In this document: in pieces, positions 36,522-45,871 of the stretch | How positions within the stretch are numbered: position 1 is the first letter of the stretch | Layout of the letters: each line of letters opens with the position of its first letter | Origin: a bacterium | Lineage (GTDB): Bacteria > Bdellovibrionota_B > Oligoflexia > Oligoflexales > RGVZ01 | Reading direction: 5' to 3' | DNA: 64,000 nt | NCBI GenBank assembly: GCA_010029825.1 | Contig: RGVZ01000002.1 | Location: 1,174 to 65,173, forward strand | Notes under the pieces: generated by a model | Database searches by the model: none | Seen by the model: the letters and a program-made list of their open reading frames with translations, nothing else | What the model was told of the DNA's origin: nothing | Position numbers and translations under genes: made by a program

Positions 36522-36557
36522 ACCCCAACCCGATCAAACCCAGCGCCACAAACAGTT

Positions 36558-37874
36558 TCATTGCCGGCACCGCTCGCAATCCGGAACGCCAATCGCGTGC
36601 GGAATGTCCGCGACCCCGGTCATCTCTGCGACGGGATGGAGCAACATCATGTACTCAGCGGACCATTCGGGACCTTCTGGAAATCCAGCGAACCCGTCTC
36701 CGGCCTTGGACGTGATGTAATCCAGCACTTCCCATGAAGCCAGATAGCCCCGCGCGTCGAAGTTGGTGAGCATGTCCGCCGGTGACGCGGCAAACGCATC
36801 CGAGATCGCGTGGAAACAATTGACCGCGCCGGACGGGATACCCCTGCGGAAGCCACTGCGGTGACTGCCTTCGCGCACGCCCCGGTCGAGCGCCTTGTAG
36901 AACACGCCGGGGTAAAATGTCCGCCCTGGCTCGCCCACTGGTGTGTGAACCTGTCCGGGCGGCAAACGCGAACGGGCGAACTCCGCCCAGTGATCGAGGT
37001 ACTGTTTTTGGCGCAGCAGCTTGTCGCGCAGGGTGTCACTGACCGGAAACGGCCCCCAACGAAGCGGGAGCCGGTTTTTCAGCCGCGCCATGCGCAAGCT
37101 TTCAGCCAGCGAGTAGTTCTTTCCCAGTTCCGGATCTGCCAGAAGGTCGACGGATCCTTCACGTGATGCCGGCAACCAGCTGATCGTGAATTCATCCTCG
37201 AGGGAAATATCAGCACCCGAACGGCGCAACGTCGCGATCGAAACGAGCGTATGCGCGTGCGCCGGATCGTTGTTCTGGTTCTGGTACGTCAACAGCGTCA
37301 GGTAATGGGTGACTCCCTCGTCAATCACCCCGAGGCGATCGCCCCGGCCAGGCAGGCTGCCCCGGAAAACGGGAACGATGGCACGGATCAAGTCACGAGT
37401 GTGCGGGTGCATCGTGGTCTCGACATGGACGCGCACGACACGGGGACGGCGAATCGTGTCGAGGACGCGCGCGAGCCGTTCCGGATCCAGTTCGGTTTCC
37501 GGATTCATCAGTCCCCAGGCGCGAACCATTTCCGACTCGAATTCCCGCGTGGAAAAATCGGGAAACTCGCCGCGGCGAGGGCACCGCGACCGGAGCTGGG
37601 CGAATATGACACCCGGTTTGCCCAGACAACGGGCAAGCTGGAAGGCGCCTCCCGACCAGGTCGCCGCGAACGAAACCGGACCGTGCTCGATCACCAGTTC
37701 AGCCCGCGCCGGCGGCGCGGCGATCAGTGCCGCTGAAAGGGCTGATGAAAGAGCCAGAAACATCGCCGCGACCGGCGACTTGAAATTGATGTAGCCCGGG
37801 TGTTCCAAGTTGACCACCTCATCCGGAAGGTCAGAATTCAAGCATTTTATTGATCTTTTTAAAGAAATGATCAA
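36558..37874 (-). CDS. Secreted hypothetical protein
   Basis: 438-aa maximal ORF. Its first ~20 codons are AT-rich and probably non-coding. Likely starts are GTG 37817, TTG 37808 or ATG 37763, ahead of the signal-like segment MFLALSSALSAALIAAPPARA. No family is recognised. Confidence 0.6.
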   Translation of the reverse strand: MIISLKRSIKCLNSDLPDEVVNLEHPGYINFKSPVAAMFLALSSALSAALIAAPPARAELVIEHGPVSFAATWSGGAFQLARCLGKPGVIFAQLRSRCPRRGEFPDFSTREFESEMVRAWGLMNPETELDPERLARVLDTIRRPRVVRVHVETTMHPHTRDLIRAIVPVFRGSLPGRGDRLGVIDEGVTHYLTLLTYQNQNNDPAHAHTLVSIATLRRSGADISLEDEFTISWLPASREGSVDLLADPELGKNYSLAESLRMARLKNRLPLRWGPFPVSDTLRDKLLRQKQYLDHWAEFARSRLPPGQVHTPVGEPGRTFYPGVFYKALDRGVREGSHRSGFRRGIPSGAVNCFHAISDAFAASPADMLTNFDARGYLASWEVLDYITSKAGDGFAGFPEGPEWSAEYMMLLHPVAEMTGVADIPHAIGVPDCERCRQ

Positions 37875-37967
37875 GGACGGACTGCGAATCGGCTGTCGCT
37901 CTTTTTATGATTGCAACATAGCAAATTCACAGGCTAAATCAGCGAGACGACTTGCCAAGCAGGTGAC

Positions 37968-39143
37968 ATGGAACGAAAATTCTCAAAACGCATCAGCAGC
38001 CTCTCCCCGTCGCCCACCCTGGCGCTCAACAGCAAGGCTGCCGAGCTGGCCGCCGGCGGGAAGAAGATTTTCAATTTCGCCGTTGGCGAGCCTGACTTCC
38101 CGACACCGCAGGCTGTGGTCGAGGTTGCCATCGACAGCCTCCGCCGTGGCCGGACACGTTACGGGACAAGCGGCGGCGGCAGGCCACTGCGCGAAGCCAT
38201 CGCGGAAAAGCTGCGTCGCGACAACGGCCTTGATTTCGCGATCGATGAGATCGTCTGCGGAATCGGGGCAAAAGAAATCCTGTTTCATGTTTTCCTGGCG
38301 CTGCTGAACGACGGCGACGAAGTGCTTTTGCCGGCGCCTTTCTGGGTCAGTTACACCGACCAGATCCGCGCCGCCGGCGCGATTCCGGTTCCAGTCATGC
38401 CGCCCGCCAGCATCACCAGCCAGGGCGGCGACGCGCTTGACTTCAACGCGATCGAGAGGGCCGTGACAGCGCGCACGCGCGCCATCGTGATCAACTCACC
38501 GAACAATCCGTCGGGTTATGTCCTGGGCGCCGCCGAACTGGAGCGCCTGGCCGCATTCGCCATCAAACACAACCTGTGGGTGATATCGGACGAAATCTAC
38601 GAGTACATGGCCTTCAGCCGCGAACACATTTCCCCGCTCAAGATCCAGCCCGGACTGCGTTCGCGATTCATCCTGGTCAACGGCCTGTCGAAAGGGTTTG
38701 CCATGACCGGCTGGCGGGTCGGATACGCGGCGGGCCCGAAAGACATCATGGCCCTCGTCAAAAACCTTGAGAGCCACTCGTCAACATGCATTCCCGGATT
38801 CATCGAGGACGCCGCGACATTCGCGCTCGGGCAGGGACGCACGTTGATGGCGCCAGCCATCGCGACACTGGATGCCCGCCGCAAGGCGACGGTCAACGCT
38901 CTCGACGGATTCCAGTTTGTGCGACCCGATGGCGCTTTCTATGTGTTTCTCGACGTGCGTCCGTTCTGTGACGGGCGCTCGTCGATGTTCGTATCAGGAG
39001 CGTTGCTGGAAGAAGAAGGTGTCGCGGTGGTGCCGGGCGAGGCGTTCGGGCTGCCAGGATTCATCCGCATCAGCTACACCCTGGGCGAACAGGATTTGCT
39101 TGCTGGACTGGAGCGCGTCAAAGCGTTCCTGCGCCGGCCTTGA
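37968..39143 (+). CDS. Class I PLP-dependent aminotransferase (aspartate/aromatic type)
   Basis: 391-aa ORF with the motifs FAVGEPDFPTP and NGLSKGFAMTGWRVGYA (PLP-lysine context). Confidence 0.9.
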   Translation: MERKFSKRISSLSPSPTLALNSKAAELAAGGKKIFNFAVGEPDFPTPQAVVEVAIDSLRRGRTRYGTSGGGRPLREAIAEKLRRDNGLDFAIDEIVCGIGAKEILFHVFLALLNDGDEVLLPAPFWVSYTDQIRAAGAIPVPVMPPASITSQGGDALDFNAIERAVTARTRAIVINSPNNPSGYVLGAAELERLAAFAIKHNLWVISDEIYEYMAFSREHISPLKIQPGLRSRFILVNGLSKGFAMTGWRVGYAAGPKDIMALVKNLESHSSTCIPGFIEDAATFALGQGRTLMAPAIATLDARRKATVNALDGFQFVRPDGAFYVFLDVRPFCDGRSSMFVSGALLEEEGVAVVPGEAFGLPGFIRISYTLGEQDLLAGLERVKAFLRRP

Positions 39144-39162
39144 ACTACAGCGAGAGAACGAC

Positions 39163-40281
39163 ATGAATCATCCAGAGACCCCGACAGGATCCCAAAAGCC
39201 GGCCCCGCTGAACATGAGCGAAGCTGCCGAAGCCGTCCGCACTCAATTTGCCGCGGACCACGCCCGCGTGGCAGCCAACCCGTCTCCGAAGGCCGTCGAG
39301 GAATTGCGCCTTGCGTTCCTTGGCCGGAAGGGGCGGGTGCAGGACCTGATCGAGGGACTTCGTAACGTCGCGAAGGAACAACGCCCCGAGGCCGGCAAGA
39401 TCGTCAACTCCGTCCGCCAGGACGTCGACGGCGCCGTGACCGCCCTTCAGGAGAGAGCCAAGGCATGGATCCTGAACGAGCGCCTGAACATCCCGCAGGT
39501 TGACGTCAGCCTGCCGGTCGATGACTCCACGCCGGCTGGCGCGCTGCATCCGGTTTCTCTCATGCGCCGCGTCCTGATCCGTGAGTTCCGCAGGCTCGGG
39601 TTCACGATCTATGACGGCCCGGAAATCGATTTCGACTTCTACAATTTCTCCGCGTTGAACATCCCGGAATCGCACCCGGCCCGCGACATGCAAGATACGT
39701 TTTATGTCGCGCCGGCGACCGGCGGCGCGTTTGATGGCCAGAAAATGCTGCTGCGTACACAGACTTCCAACATCCAGATCCACGCGATGCTGGCAGAGAA
39801 ACCGCCCTTGCGCGTGATCGCGCCGGGTCGCGTGTTCCGTTGCGATTCAGACATCACGCACACGCCCATGTTCCACCAGATTGAGGGATTCGTAGTCGAC
39901 AAGGGCGTCACATTTGCCAACTTGAAGGCGACGATCGACACGTTCCTGAAAGCCATCTATGGCCGCGAACTCAAGACGCGCTTCCGCCCGAGCTTCTTCC
40001 CGTTTGTCGAGCCAGGCGCCGAGTTCGACGTCCAGTGCACGATCTGTTCTGGCGCGGGTTGCCGCGTTTGCAAGAACACCGGGTGGCTGGAAGTCGGTGG
40101 CTGCGGGATGATTCACCCGAAAGTCTTCGAGGCCGTCGGGTACGACAGCGAGGAGTACAGCGGTTTCGCCTTCGGATTCGGTATCGATCGCATGGCGATG
40201 CTGAAATACGCGTTGCCAGACTTGCGGCAACTTTTCGAGGGCGACCACGACTTCCTTGGCCAGTTTCCAGTCCACGCTTGA
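39163..40281 (+). CDS. pheS: Phenylalanine--tRNA ligase alpha subunit
   Basis: The start is ATG 39163, 19 nt after the aminotransferase stop. Class II motifs are present (FRCDSDITHTPMFHQIEG; GFAFGFGIDRMAML). Confidence 0.93.
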   Translation: MNHPETPTGSQKPAPLNMSEAAEAVRTQFAADHARVAANPSPKAVEELRLAFLGRKGRVQDLIEGLRNVAKEQRPEAGKIVNSVRQDVDGAVTALQERAKAWILNERLNIPQVDVSLPVDDSTPAGALHPVSLMRRVLIREFRRLGFTIYDGPEIDFDFYNFSALNIPESHPARDMQDTFYVAPATGGAFDGQKMLLRTQTSNIQIHAMLAEKPPLRVIAPGRVFRCDSDITHTPMFHQIEGFVVDKGVTFANLKATIDTFLKAIYGRELKTRFRPSFFPFVEPGAEFDVQCTICSGAGCRVCKNTGWLEVGGCGMIHPKVFEAVGYDSEEYSGFAFGFGIDRMAMLKYALPDLRQLFEGDHDFLGQFPVHA

Positions 40282-40295
40282 ACAAAGGACAAACT

Positions 40296-42830
40296 GTGAG
40301 AATTTCGCGCGAATGGCTTGAGCAATACATCGACCTGACCGGAGTGGACGACAAGGCGCTCTGTTCGGCACTGACCAGCATCGGACTTGAAGTCGAGCAC
40401 GTGGAACGCGTGTCGGCCGTGCCACCCGGAGTCGTCGTCGGGCGAATCGTCGAGGCGGCGCAACACCCGAACGCCGACAGCCTTCGCCTGTGCCAGGTGG
40501 ACGTTGGACCCGCGGGAAATGGCAGCAACCTGCAAATCGTCTGCGGCGCGCCCAACGCGCGCGAGGGCGTCCGTGTCGCCGTGGCGATGGTCGGGGCCGA
40601 GTTGCCAGGCAACTTCAAGATCAAGGAAGCCAAGATCCGCGGCGAGAAATCATTTGGCATGATGTGCAGCGAGAAGGAACTCGGGATCTCCGACGACCAC
40701 GACAGGATCATCGAGCTCGCGGGCGAACCCGCGCTTGGTACACCTGTCGGCACGGCGCTGGGCGCGGACGACATGGTCATGACGCTCAATGTCACGCCAA
40801 ACCGCGCGGACTGCTTGAGCTACCTCGGAGTCGCGCGTGACTTGTCGGCAAAACTCCATCGTCCGGTCAACTTCCCGGCGCTGCCCGGAGACAGCAAAAA
40901 ACCGGCCGGCGCGGGCCCACTGAAGACATCCATTGAAAACGCCAGTGTCGGCCAGCGATTCTGCGGCCTGCGCGTCGAGGGCGTCAAGACCGTTGAGTCG
41001 CCGGCGTGGCTGCAAAAACGCCTCGCCGCGGCAGGCATGCGTCCGATCAATGCCATCGTTGATGTTACAAATTACGTCATGCTCGAGTTCGGCCAACCCG
41101 TCCATGCTTATGACGAACGTGACATCGGCGGAAAATCCCTGACCGCGCGCCACGCGCGCGCGGGGGAATCCCTCAAAACCCTGGACGGCCAGGAGCGGAA
41201 ACTCCAGGCCGGCGACCTCGTGATTTGTGACGACATGCACATTGTCGGACTGGCCGGCGTCATGGGTGGCGCAAATTCCGAAGTGAAACCCGACACAACG
41301 GCTGTCTTGATTGAGGTGGCTCACTTTAACCCGGACGCGATTCGCGTCACTTCAAAGCGCCTCGGGTTGCGTTCGGAAGCATCTCACCGGTTCGAGCGTG
41401 GCGTCGATGTCCAGTGCCTCGGGGACGTGGCATGGCGTGTCGCTGGACTGCTGTGCGAAATCTGCCCGGGCGCGAAGATCACCGGGCCTCTCGTTGACTT
41501 TCATCCGCACCCGGCGCCGCCGCGGACGGTGGCACTCCGTCTTGATCGCGCGCGGCAGACGCTCGCGCGGCCGGACATCGAGGCCGGTTTCATTGAGAAG
41601 ACCTTTGCGGCGCTCGGCTTGAAACTGGTCGAGCAACACCAGAATGAAATGATTTTCAGCGTTCCATCGTGGCGTCACGACATGGAACGGGAGGCCGACC
41701 TCGTCGAGGAAATCGCGCGGATGATCGGATTCGACACGATCCCGTACGAACTCCCGGTGATGTCACTCGATACGACACCGGAAGATCCGGGAATCGATTT
41801 CGCCGAGGACGCGCGGGTCCTGATGGCACAGGCCGGCCTGCGCGAGACCATCAGCTTCCCGTTCCTTTCGAAAGAGGAATTCAGCAAATTAAGGATCCCC
41901 GAAGGGCATGACCTCGCGCCCGCGGTAAGGATTGTCAATCCCCTTAGCGAGGAATTCTCGTTGCTACAGACGACGCTCGTGGCTGGACTGCTCAAAGCCG
42001 CCGCCGAAAACGCGCGCCACGGGCGCCACGGGGTCAAGTTGTTCGAGATGGGCCGGGCATACCTGTCGCGTAAACACGTTCAAGGGGCACTGACGACGCG
42101 CCATTTGACCGCGCGCGCCGCCGGCGAAGGTGGCCGCCCGGTCGAGAAACCTGTTGTCGCCGGGATCTTGACGCAACCCATGACGCGAAAATCATGGTCG
42201 GGTGAGGAACGTCACGCCGGGTTCTTCGAGGCGAAGCGCGTCGCGTCGCAGTGGCTCTCGGCCCTTGGAATCAAGGACCTCACAGCGCATCCGTTTGACG
42301 CGCAAACTGCCTCGGCACTGCCATACATGCATCCCCGCGCCAGTTGCGTCATCACTGGCAAGGACTCCTCCGGACACATCATCCAACTTGGCTATGCGGG
42401 CGAAGTGCATCCGGAGACGGCTGTCGCGTTTGACTTCGAGGCCGACCAGGCGCCAGTGGCGTTTGAGTTCGACTTCGACGCGGTTTTCGTGGCTGCCGAG
42501 GCCGCCGCGGGCAACATGGCCAAATCAACCAACAAGATCTTGTACAAGTTCCCGCCGTCTTCCCGGGATTTGGCGCTTCTCGTCAAGTCGAGTGTGACCC
42601 ACGGGGATTTCGCGCGGGCATTCGCCGCGTTTCCGAAACGGAAAAACCTGAAACGCTTCCGTTTGTTCGACGTTTACGAAGGTGCCAACATGCCGGCCGG
42701 CATGAAAAGCATGGCTTACACCTTCGACTTCCAGTCAGCCGACAGGACCTTGACGGACAATGAGGTCGAGCAGGAAGTCACGGCGCTGGTCGCATGGCTT
42801 GGCCAACAACTGGAGGCAAAGCAAAGATGA
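40296..42830 (+). CDS. pheT: Phenylalanine--tRNA ligase beta subunit
   Basis: The GTG 40296 start gives MRISREWLEQYIDL. It has a tRNA-binding OB domain (VVGRIVEAAQHPNADSLRLCQVDVG), B3/4 and B5 regions and a C-terminal FDX-ACB-like domain. Confidence 0.93.
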   Translation: MRISREWLEQYIDLTGVDDKALCSALTSIGLEVEHVERVSAVPPGVVVGRIVEAAQHPNADSLRLCQVDVGPAGNGSNLQIVCGAPNAREGVRVAVAMVGAELPGNFKIKEAKIRGEKSFGMMCSEKELGISDDHDRIIELAGEPALGTPVGTALGADDMVMTLNVTPNRADCLSYLGVARDLSAKLHRPVNFPALPGDSKKPAGAGPLKTSIENASVGQRFCGLRVEGVKTVESPAWLQKRLAAAGMRPINAIVDVTNYVMLEFGQPVHAYDERDIGGKSLTARHARAGESLKTLDGQERKLQAGDLVICDDMHIVGLAGVMGGANSEVKPDTTAVLIEVAHFNPDAIRVTSKRLGLRSEASHRFERGVDVQCLGDVAWRVAGLLCEICPGAKITGPLVDFHPHPAPPRTVALRLDRARQTLARPDIEAGFIEKTFAALGLKLVEQHQNEMIFSVPSWRHDMEREADLVEEIARMIGFDTIPYELPVMSLDTTPEDPGIDFAEDARVLMAQAGLRETISFPFLSKEEFSKLRIPEGHDLAPAVRIVNPLSEEFSLLQTTLVAGLLKAAAENARHGRHGVKLFEMGRAYLSRKHVQGALTTRHLTARAAGEGGRPVEKPVVAGILTQPMTRKSWSGEERHAGFFEAKRVASQWLSALGIKDLTAHPFDAQTASALPYMHPRASCVITGKDSSGHIIQLGYAGEVHPETAVAFDFEADQAPVAFEFDFDAVFVAAEAAAGNMAKSTNKILYKFPPSSRDLALLVKSSVTHGDFARAFAAFPKRKNLKRFRLFDVYEGANMPAGMKSMAYTFDFQSADRTLTDNEVEQEVTALVAWLGQQLEAKQR

Positions 42831-43774
42831 ACCATCGCGTCATCCTGGCCTCCGTCATCCTGAGCGGAGCGAAGGATCCTTTCTCTCCCGTCATCCTGAG
42901 CGGAGCGAAGGATCCTTTCTCTCCCGTCATCCTTAGGCGCAGCCGAAGGATCCTCTCCCTGCCCTTCTGTTCCATCCTCGCGTCTGTCACGCTGCTCGCC
43001 GCTTGCGTGACAACAGAAAGCAAGAACGTCGTCGCCGGCCCGGTCAAGATGTCACCCGCCGCGGTGCCCGTGATCGAGGATCCGCTAGCACCGGCGGTGC
43101 TTGAGCGTGACGCCATGGCGCGCCTCGACGACATGGGCCCGCAGGGCCTTGCCATGAAGAACAACGCGAACCAGCGCAAGGCGTTCATTGAGGATCTGCG
43201 ACGCACACGCGCCCTCGCAATCGAAGCCGTCAAGGCCGGTGTCGACAAGGATCTTGTGTTCACGCAGCGACTGGAAGCCCAGCGCGAGCATCTCCTCGCG
43301 ACCATGTATGTCGACTCTGTTTTGAAATCAAAGACGACAGAGGCTGCCCTGCGCAAGTATTTCAAGAACAACCGCGCGGCGTTCGCGAAGCACCAGCGCA
43401 GCGCGTTCCACATCGTCACCAAGGAAGAATCCGCGGCGCGCGCCGCGATCAGCGCCCTGCGGGAACCTGGCGTGAACCTGGAAACCCTCGTCGAGGAATT
43501 CGCCCCTTCAGAACCGGAAGGCGCGAAGAGCGGCGACCTCGGGACCTTCTCGCGCGGACAAATGCTGAAGCCACTTGAAGATGCCGTATTCTCGACCAAT
43601 GTCGGACAGGTGTATCCTGAACCAGTCAAGACTGAGTTTGGCTGGCACGCGATTCTTGTCACGGGTGACATCCCACCGAAGCCAGTGAAGTTCGAGGATG
43701 TCAGGGATCAAGTTGAGCAAAAATACCGCAGTGATCTTCACCGGCAAATCGTCGCCAAGAGCATGATCCGTTGA
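42827..43774 (+). CDS. Parvulin-type peptidyl-prolyl cis-trans isomerase (lipoprotein-like N-terminus)
   Basis: It has a rotamase core (SAFHIV...GDLGTFSRGQMLKPLEDAVF...FGWHAILV). ATG 42827 overlaps the pheT stop (ATGA). N-terminal residues 4-44 are encoded by the REP-like repeat, followed by LASVTLLAAC (lipobox). Confidence 0.8.
   Translation: MNHRVILASVILSGAKDPFSPVILSGAKDPFSPVILRRSRRILSLPFCSILASVTLLAACVTTESKNVVAGPVKMSPAAVPVIEDPLAPAVLERDAMARLDDMGPQGLAMKNNANQRKAFIEDLRRTRALAIEAVKAGVDKDLVFTQRLEAQREHLLATMYVDSVLKSKTTEAALRKYFKNNRAAFAKHQRSAFHIVTKEESAARAAISALREPGVNLETLVEEFAPSEPEGAKSGDLGTFSRGQMLKPLEDAVFSTNVGQVYPEPVKTEFGWHAILVTGDIPPKPVKFEDVRDQVEQKYRSDLHRQIVAKSMIR
42838..42960 (+). repeat. REP-like 36-nt tandem repeat (same family as 7571-7744) inside the PPIase 5' coding region
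   Basis: CGTCATCCTGAGCGGAGCGAAGGATCCTTTCTCTCC occurs twice perfectly (42853-42888 and 42889-42924), with degenerate copies on both sides. All copies share one orientation. Confidence 0.9.
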
Positions 43775-45012
43775 ACCGCGGCAGGCCGCACCTGACACTC
43801 GCGGCGGCGACCCTCGGGTGGGGCCTTGACGCTTTCGATTTCACTTTGTTCCTTTTCGCGATTCCCCAGCTGACTGATTCGTTCCACTTTGGAACTGGAT
43901 TCGCTGGTTTCATCCTGACATGCACACTGGTTTGCTCCGCGCTCGGCGGCCTTGTTTTTGGTGTTCTCGCGGACAAGCATGGCCGGGCGAAGATGCTGAA
44001 CTTGACGATCCTTGTCTACTCGGTCGCGTCACTTGGCAGCGCGACGGCGCAAGACCAGTGGCAACTTCTGGTCTGGAGGTGTTTGCTCGGGCTGGGAATG
44101 GGAGGAGAATGGGCGACTGGAGCCACGCTGGTCGCTGAGACATGGCCCCCGGAGAAACGCAACAAGGCACTCGCCTTGATGCAATCTGGCTGGGCTCTCG
44201 GTTTCATCGCGTCGGCCCTGTTGTCGCAACACGTCCTGCCGGAATGGGGCTGGCGAACGCTGTTCTGTTTCGGGGCCCTTCCGGCCCTGGTCACCTTCTG
44301 GATCCGCGCGCGGATCGACGAGCCGGACGAGTGGAAAGCCCATCATTCGCGCCACATTGCCCACCAACCCACGCACGGCCTTGCGTTTTTTGATTCCGTT
44401 ACCCGTCAAATTGCGGACTTGTTTGATCCACGTTGGCGGCGCGCTTTCATCGTCGCGACCGTCATGGTCGCCTGCGTCATGTTCGGCGTATGGGGGTTTT
44501 TTACCTGGTTGCCATCGTTTCTCGCGACGCCGGTTGAGAGGGGCGGCGCCGGCCTGACTTTCCTCAAATCCGTGAATTGGACCATTGCCCTCCAGACCGG
44601 CGCCTTCATCGGGTACGTATCTTTCGGATGGGTCGCGGACTGGCTGGGACGCAAAAGGGCCTATGCCTTCTACGTGCTGGTCGCCGCCGCGCTGGCTCCG
44701 GTTTACGTCAGCGTCGCCAAGTCCGGCGGGAACCTGATCCTCATCGGCCCGCTGGTCGGTCTGTTCGGACACGGACACTTCAGCGGCCTTTCGCCGATGC
44801 TGTCGGATCTGTTTCCAGTACGAATCCGGGCTACGGCGCAGAGCGTCATTTACAACACTGGTCGCGGCGTCAGTGCCAGCGCGCCATGGCTCATCGGAGC
44901 GATGGCCGAGCGTCATGGATTCACCGCGCCACTGGTCACCGCTTCGGGTTTCTTCGTGGCGGCAGCCGTCGCTGTCTATTTCTTGCCTGCGCGGGTTACA
45001 TCCCCGAATTGA
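43771..45012 (+). CDS. MFS transporter
   Basis: 413-aa ORF with about 12 hydrophobic helices and an MFS motif-A-like loop (GVLADKHGRAKML). It opens at TTG 43771, so the start is uncertain. Confidence 0.85.
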   Translation: MNRGRPHLTLAAATLGWGLDAFDFTLFLFAIPQLTDSFHFGTGFAGFILTCTLVCSALGGLVFGVLADKHGRAKMLNLTILVYSVASLGSATAQDQWQLLVWRCLLGLGMGGEWATGATLVAETWPPEKRNKALALMQSGWALGFIASALLSQHVLPEWGWRTLFCFGALPALVTFWIRARIDEPDEWKAHHSRHIAHQPTHGLAFFDSVTRQIADLFDPRWRRAFIVATVMVACVMFGVWGFFTWLPSFLATPVERGGAGLTFLKSVNWTIALQTGAFIGYVSFGWVADWLGRKRAYAFYVLVAAALAPVYVSVAKSGGNLILIGPLVGLFGHGHFSGLSPMLSDLFPVRIRATAQSVIYNTGRGVSASAPWLIGAMAERHGFTAPLVTASGFFVAAAVAVYFLPARVTSPN

Positions 45013-45871
45013 CAGACTGGTAACTCTTCAGCGCGCGATTGAAGAACAGCAGCGACACGCCAAGAAAACCGAGCGAGGACACTCCAGCCAGCGCGGCCTG
45101 TGTCGCGTCAAGGCGTTCAAACAAGTATCCGGCGGGCACGGCCGCCATCATGGACAGCGGAATGACGTAGAGAAGGATCCGCTCCACCACACGCGGAAAA
45201 ACGGTTGTCGGAAAACGCCCCGTTCCGACGATCGACCAGAAGCCATCTTCGCCCTGGATCATGCGTTCGGCGTAAAAAGATGGCGTCATGCAAAAGAGCG
45301 CGAGCGCGTAACGAACCGCGACCCCGAGCACGGTCAGTGCGGCAAACAAAAGCCAGACCGGCGCGCTGGACGCGTGCGCGGCAGACGCCGGAGCCGTCGA
45401 AGCAATGAACCACGCGGCGATGCCGACGTTGATAAACAAATTCGGGAGGTTCGAGATCACGATCTCGCTCGTGACCATCAGGCCCAGTAGTGGATGCAAG
45501 GGTTTTTGCAGGACATAGTCCATGCGGCCATTCCAGATGTATTCAGGCATGTTGAAAAGAGGCGATATGAAAAAGCAGATGAAGAACTGATGGCTCACGC
45601 CATTGATGGCGGTCAGCGCGAAAATCTGGTCTCGCGTCCAGCCATTGATGCTCCCGCCAGCCAGACTGACCCCGAGACCGGCCCCAAGGAACGATGAAAT
45701 CAGGAAAAAAGTCTCGAACAGGAAAAAGAACAGCAGATTGCTGCGATAAGCCAGCATGACTCCCGTGCTGTTGGTCAGGGCGCGACGATACGCCCGCCAG
45801 AAATTTCTCTCACGCGGCGGCCGGGCATCCGTGGAACCCGATCTGGTGGAATTCACGGTTCCGGAGCTCAT
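44996..45871 (-). CDS. ABC-2 family transporter permease
   Basis: 291-aa polytopic ORF. Its ATG overlaps the upstream permease stop (ATGA). Together the genes form the typical ATPase-plus-two-ABC-2-permease trio. Confidence 0.8.
   Translation of the reverse strand: MSSGTVNSTRSGSTDARPPRERNFWRAYRRALTNSTGVMLAYRSNLLFFFLFETFFLISSFLGAGLGVSLAGGSINGWTRDQIFALTAINGVSHQFFICFFISPLFNMPEYIWNGRMDYVLQKPLHPLLGLMVTSEIVISNLPNLFINVGIAAWFIASTAPASAAHASSAPVWLLFAALTVLGVAVRYALALFCMTPSFYAERMIQGEDGFWSIVGTGRFPTTVFPRVVERILLYVIPLSMMAAVPAGYLFERLDATQAALAGVSSLGFLGVSLLFFNRALKSYQSVNSGM

Noticed and set aside
36333-36557. Cobalamin riboswitch, SRP RNA, tmRNA or RNase P RNA identity for the structured intergenic element
   Set aside because: There are partial look-alikes (AGGGAGCC...GGTG...CCCCCGC; CCTGAAGGAGAAG), but the conserved cores as I remember them are absent. 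No downstream gene on either strand is positioned to be regulated. It is kept only as an unclassified ncRNA candidate.
39144-39162. Leader, attenuator or T-box upstream of pheS
   Set aside because: Only 19 nt separate the aminotransferase stop from the pheS ATG, which leaves no space for a leader structure.
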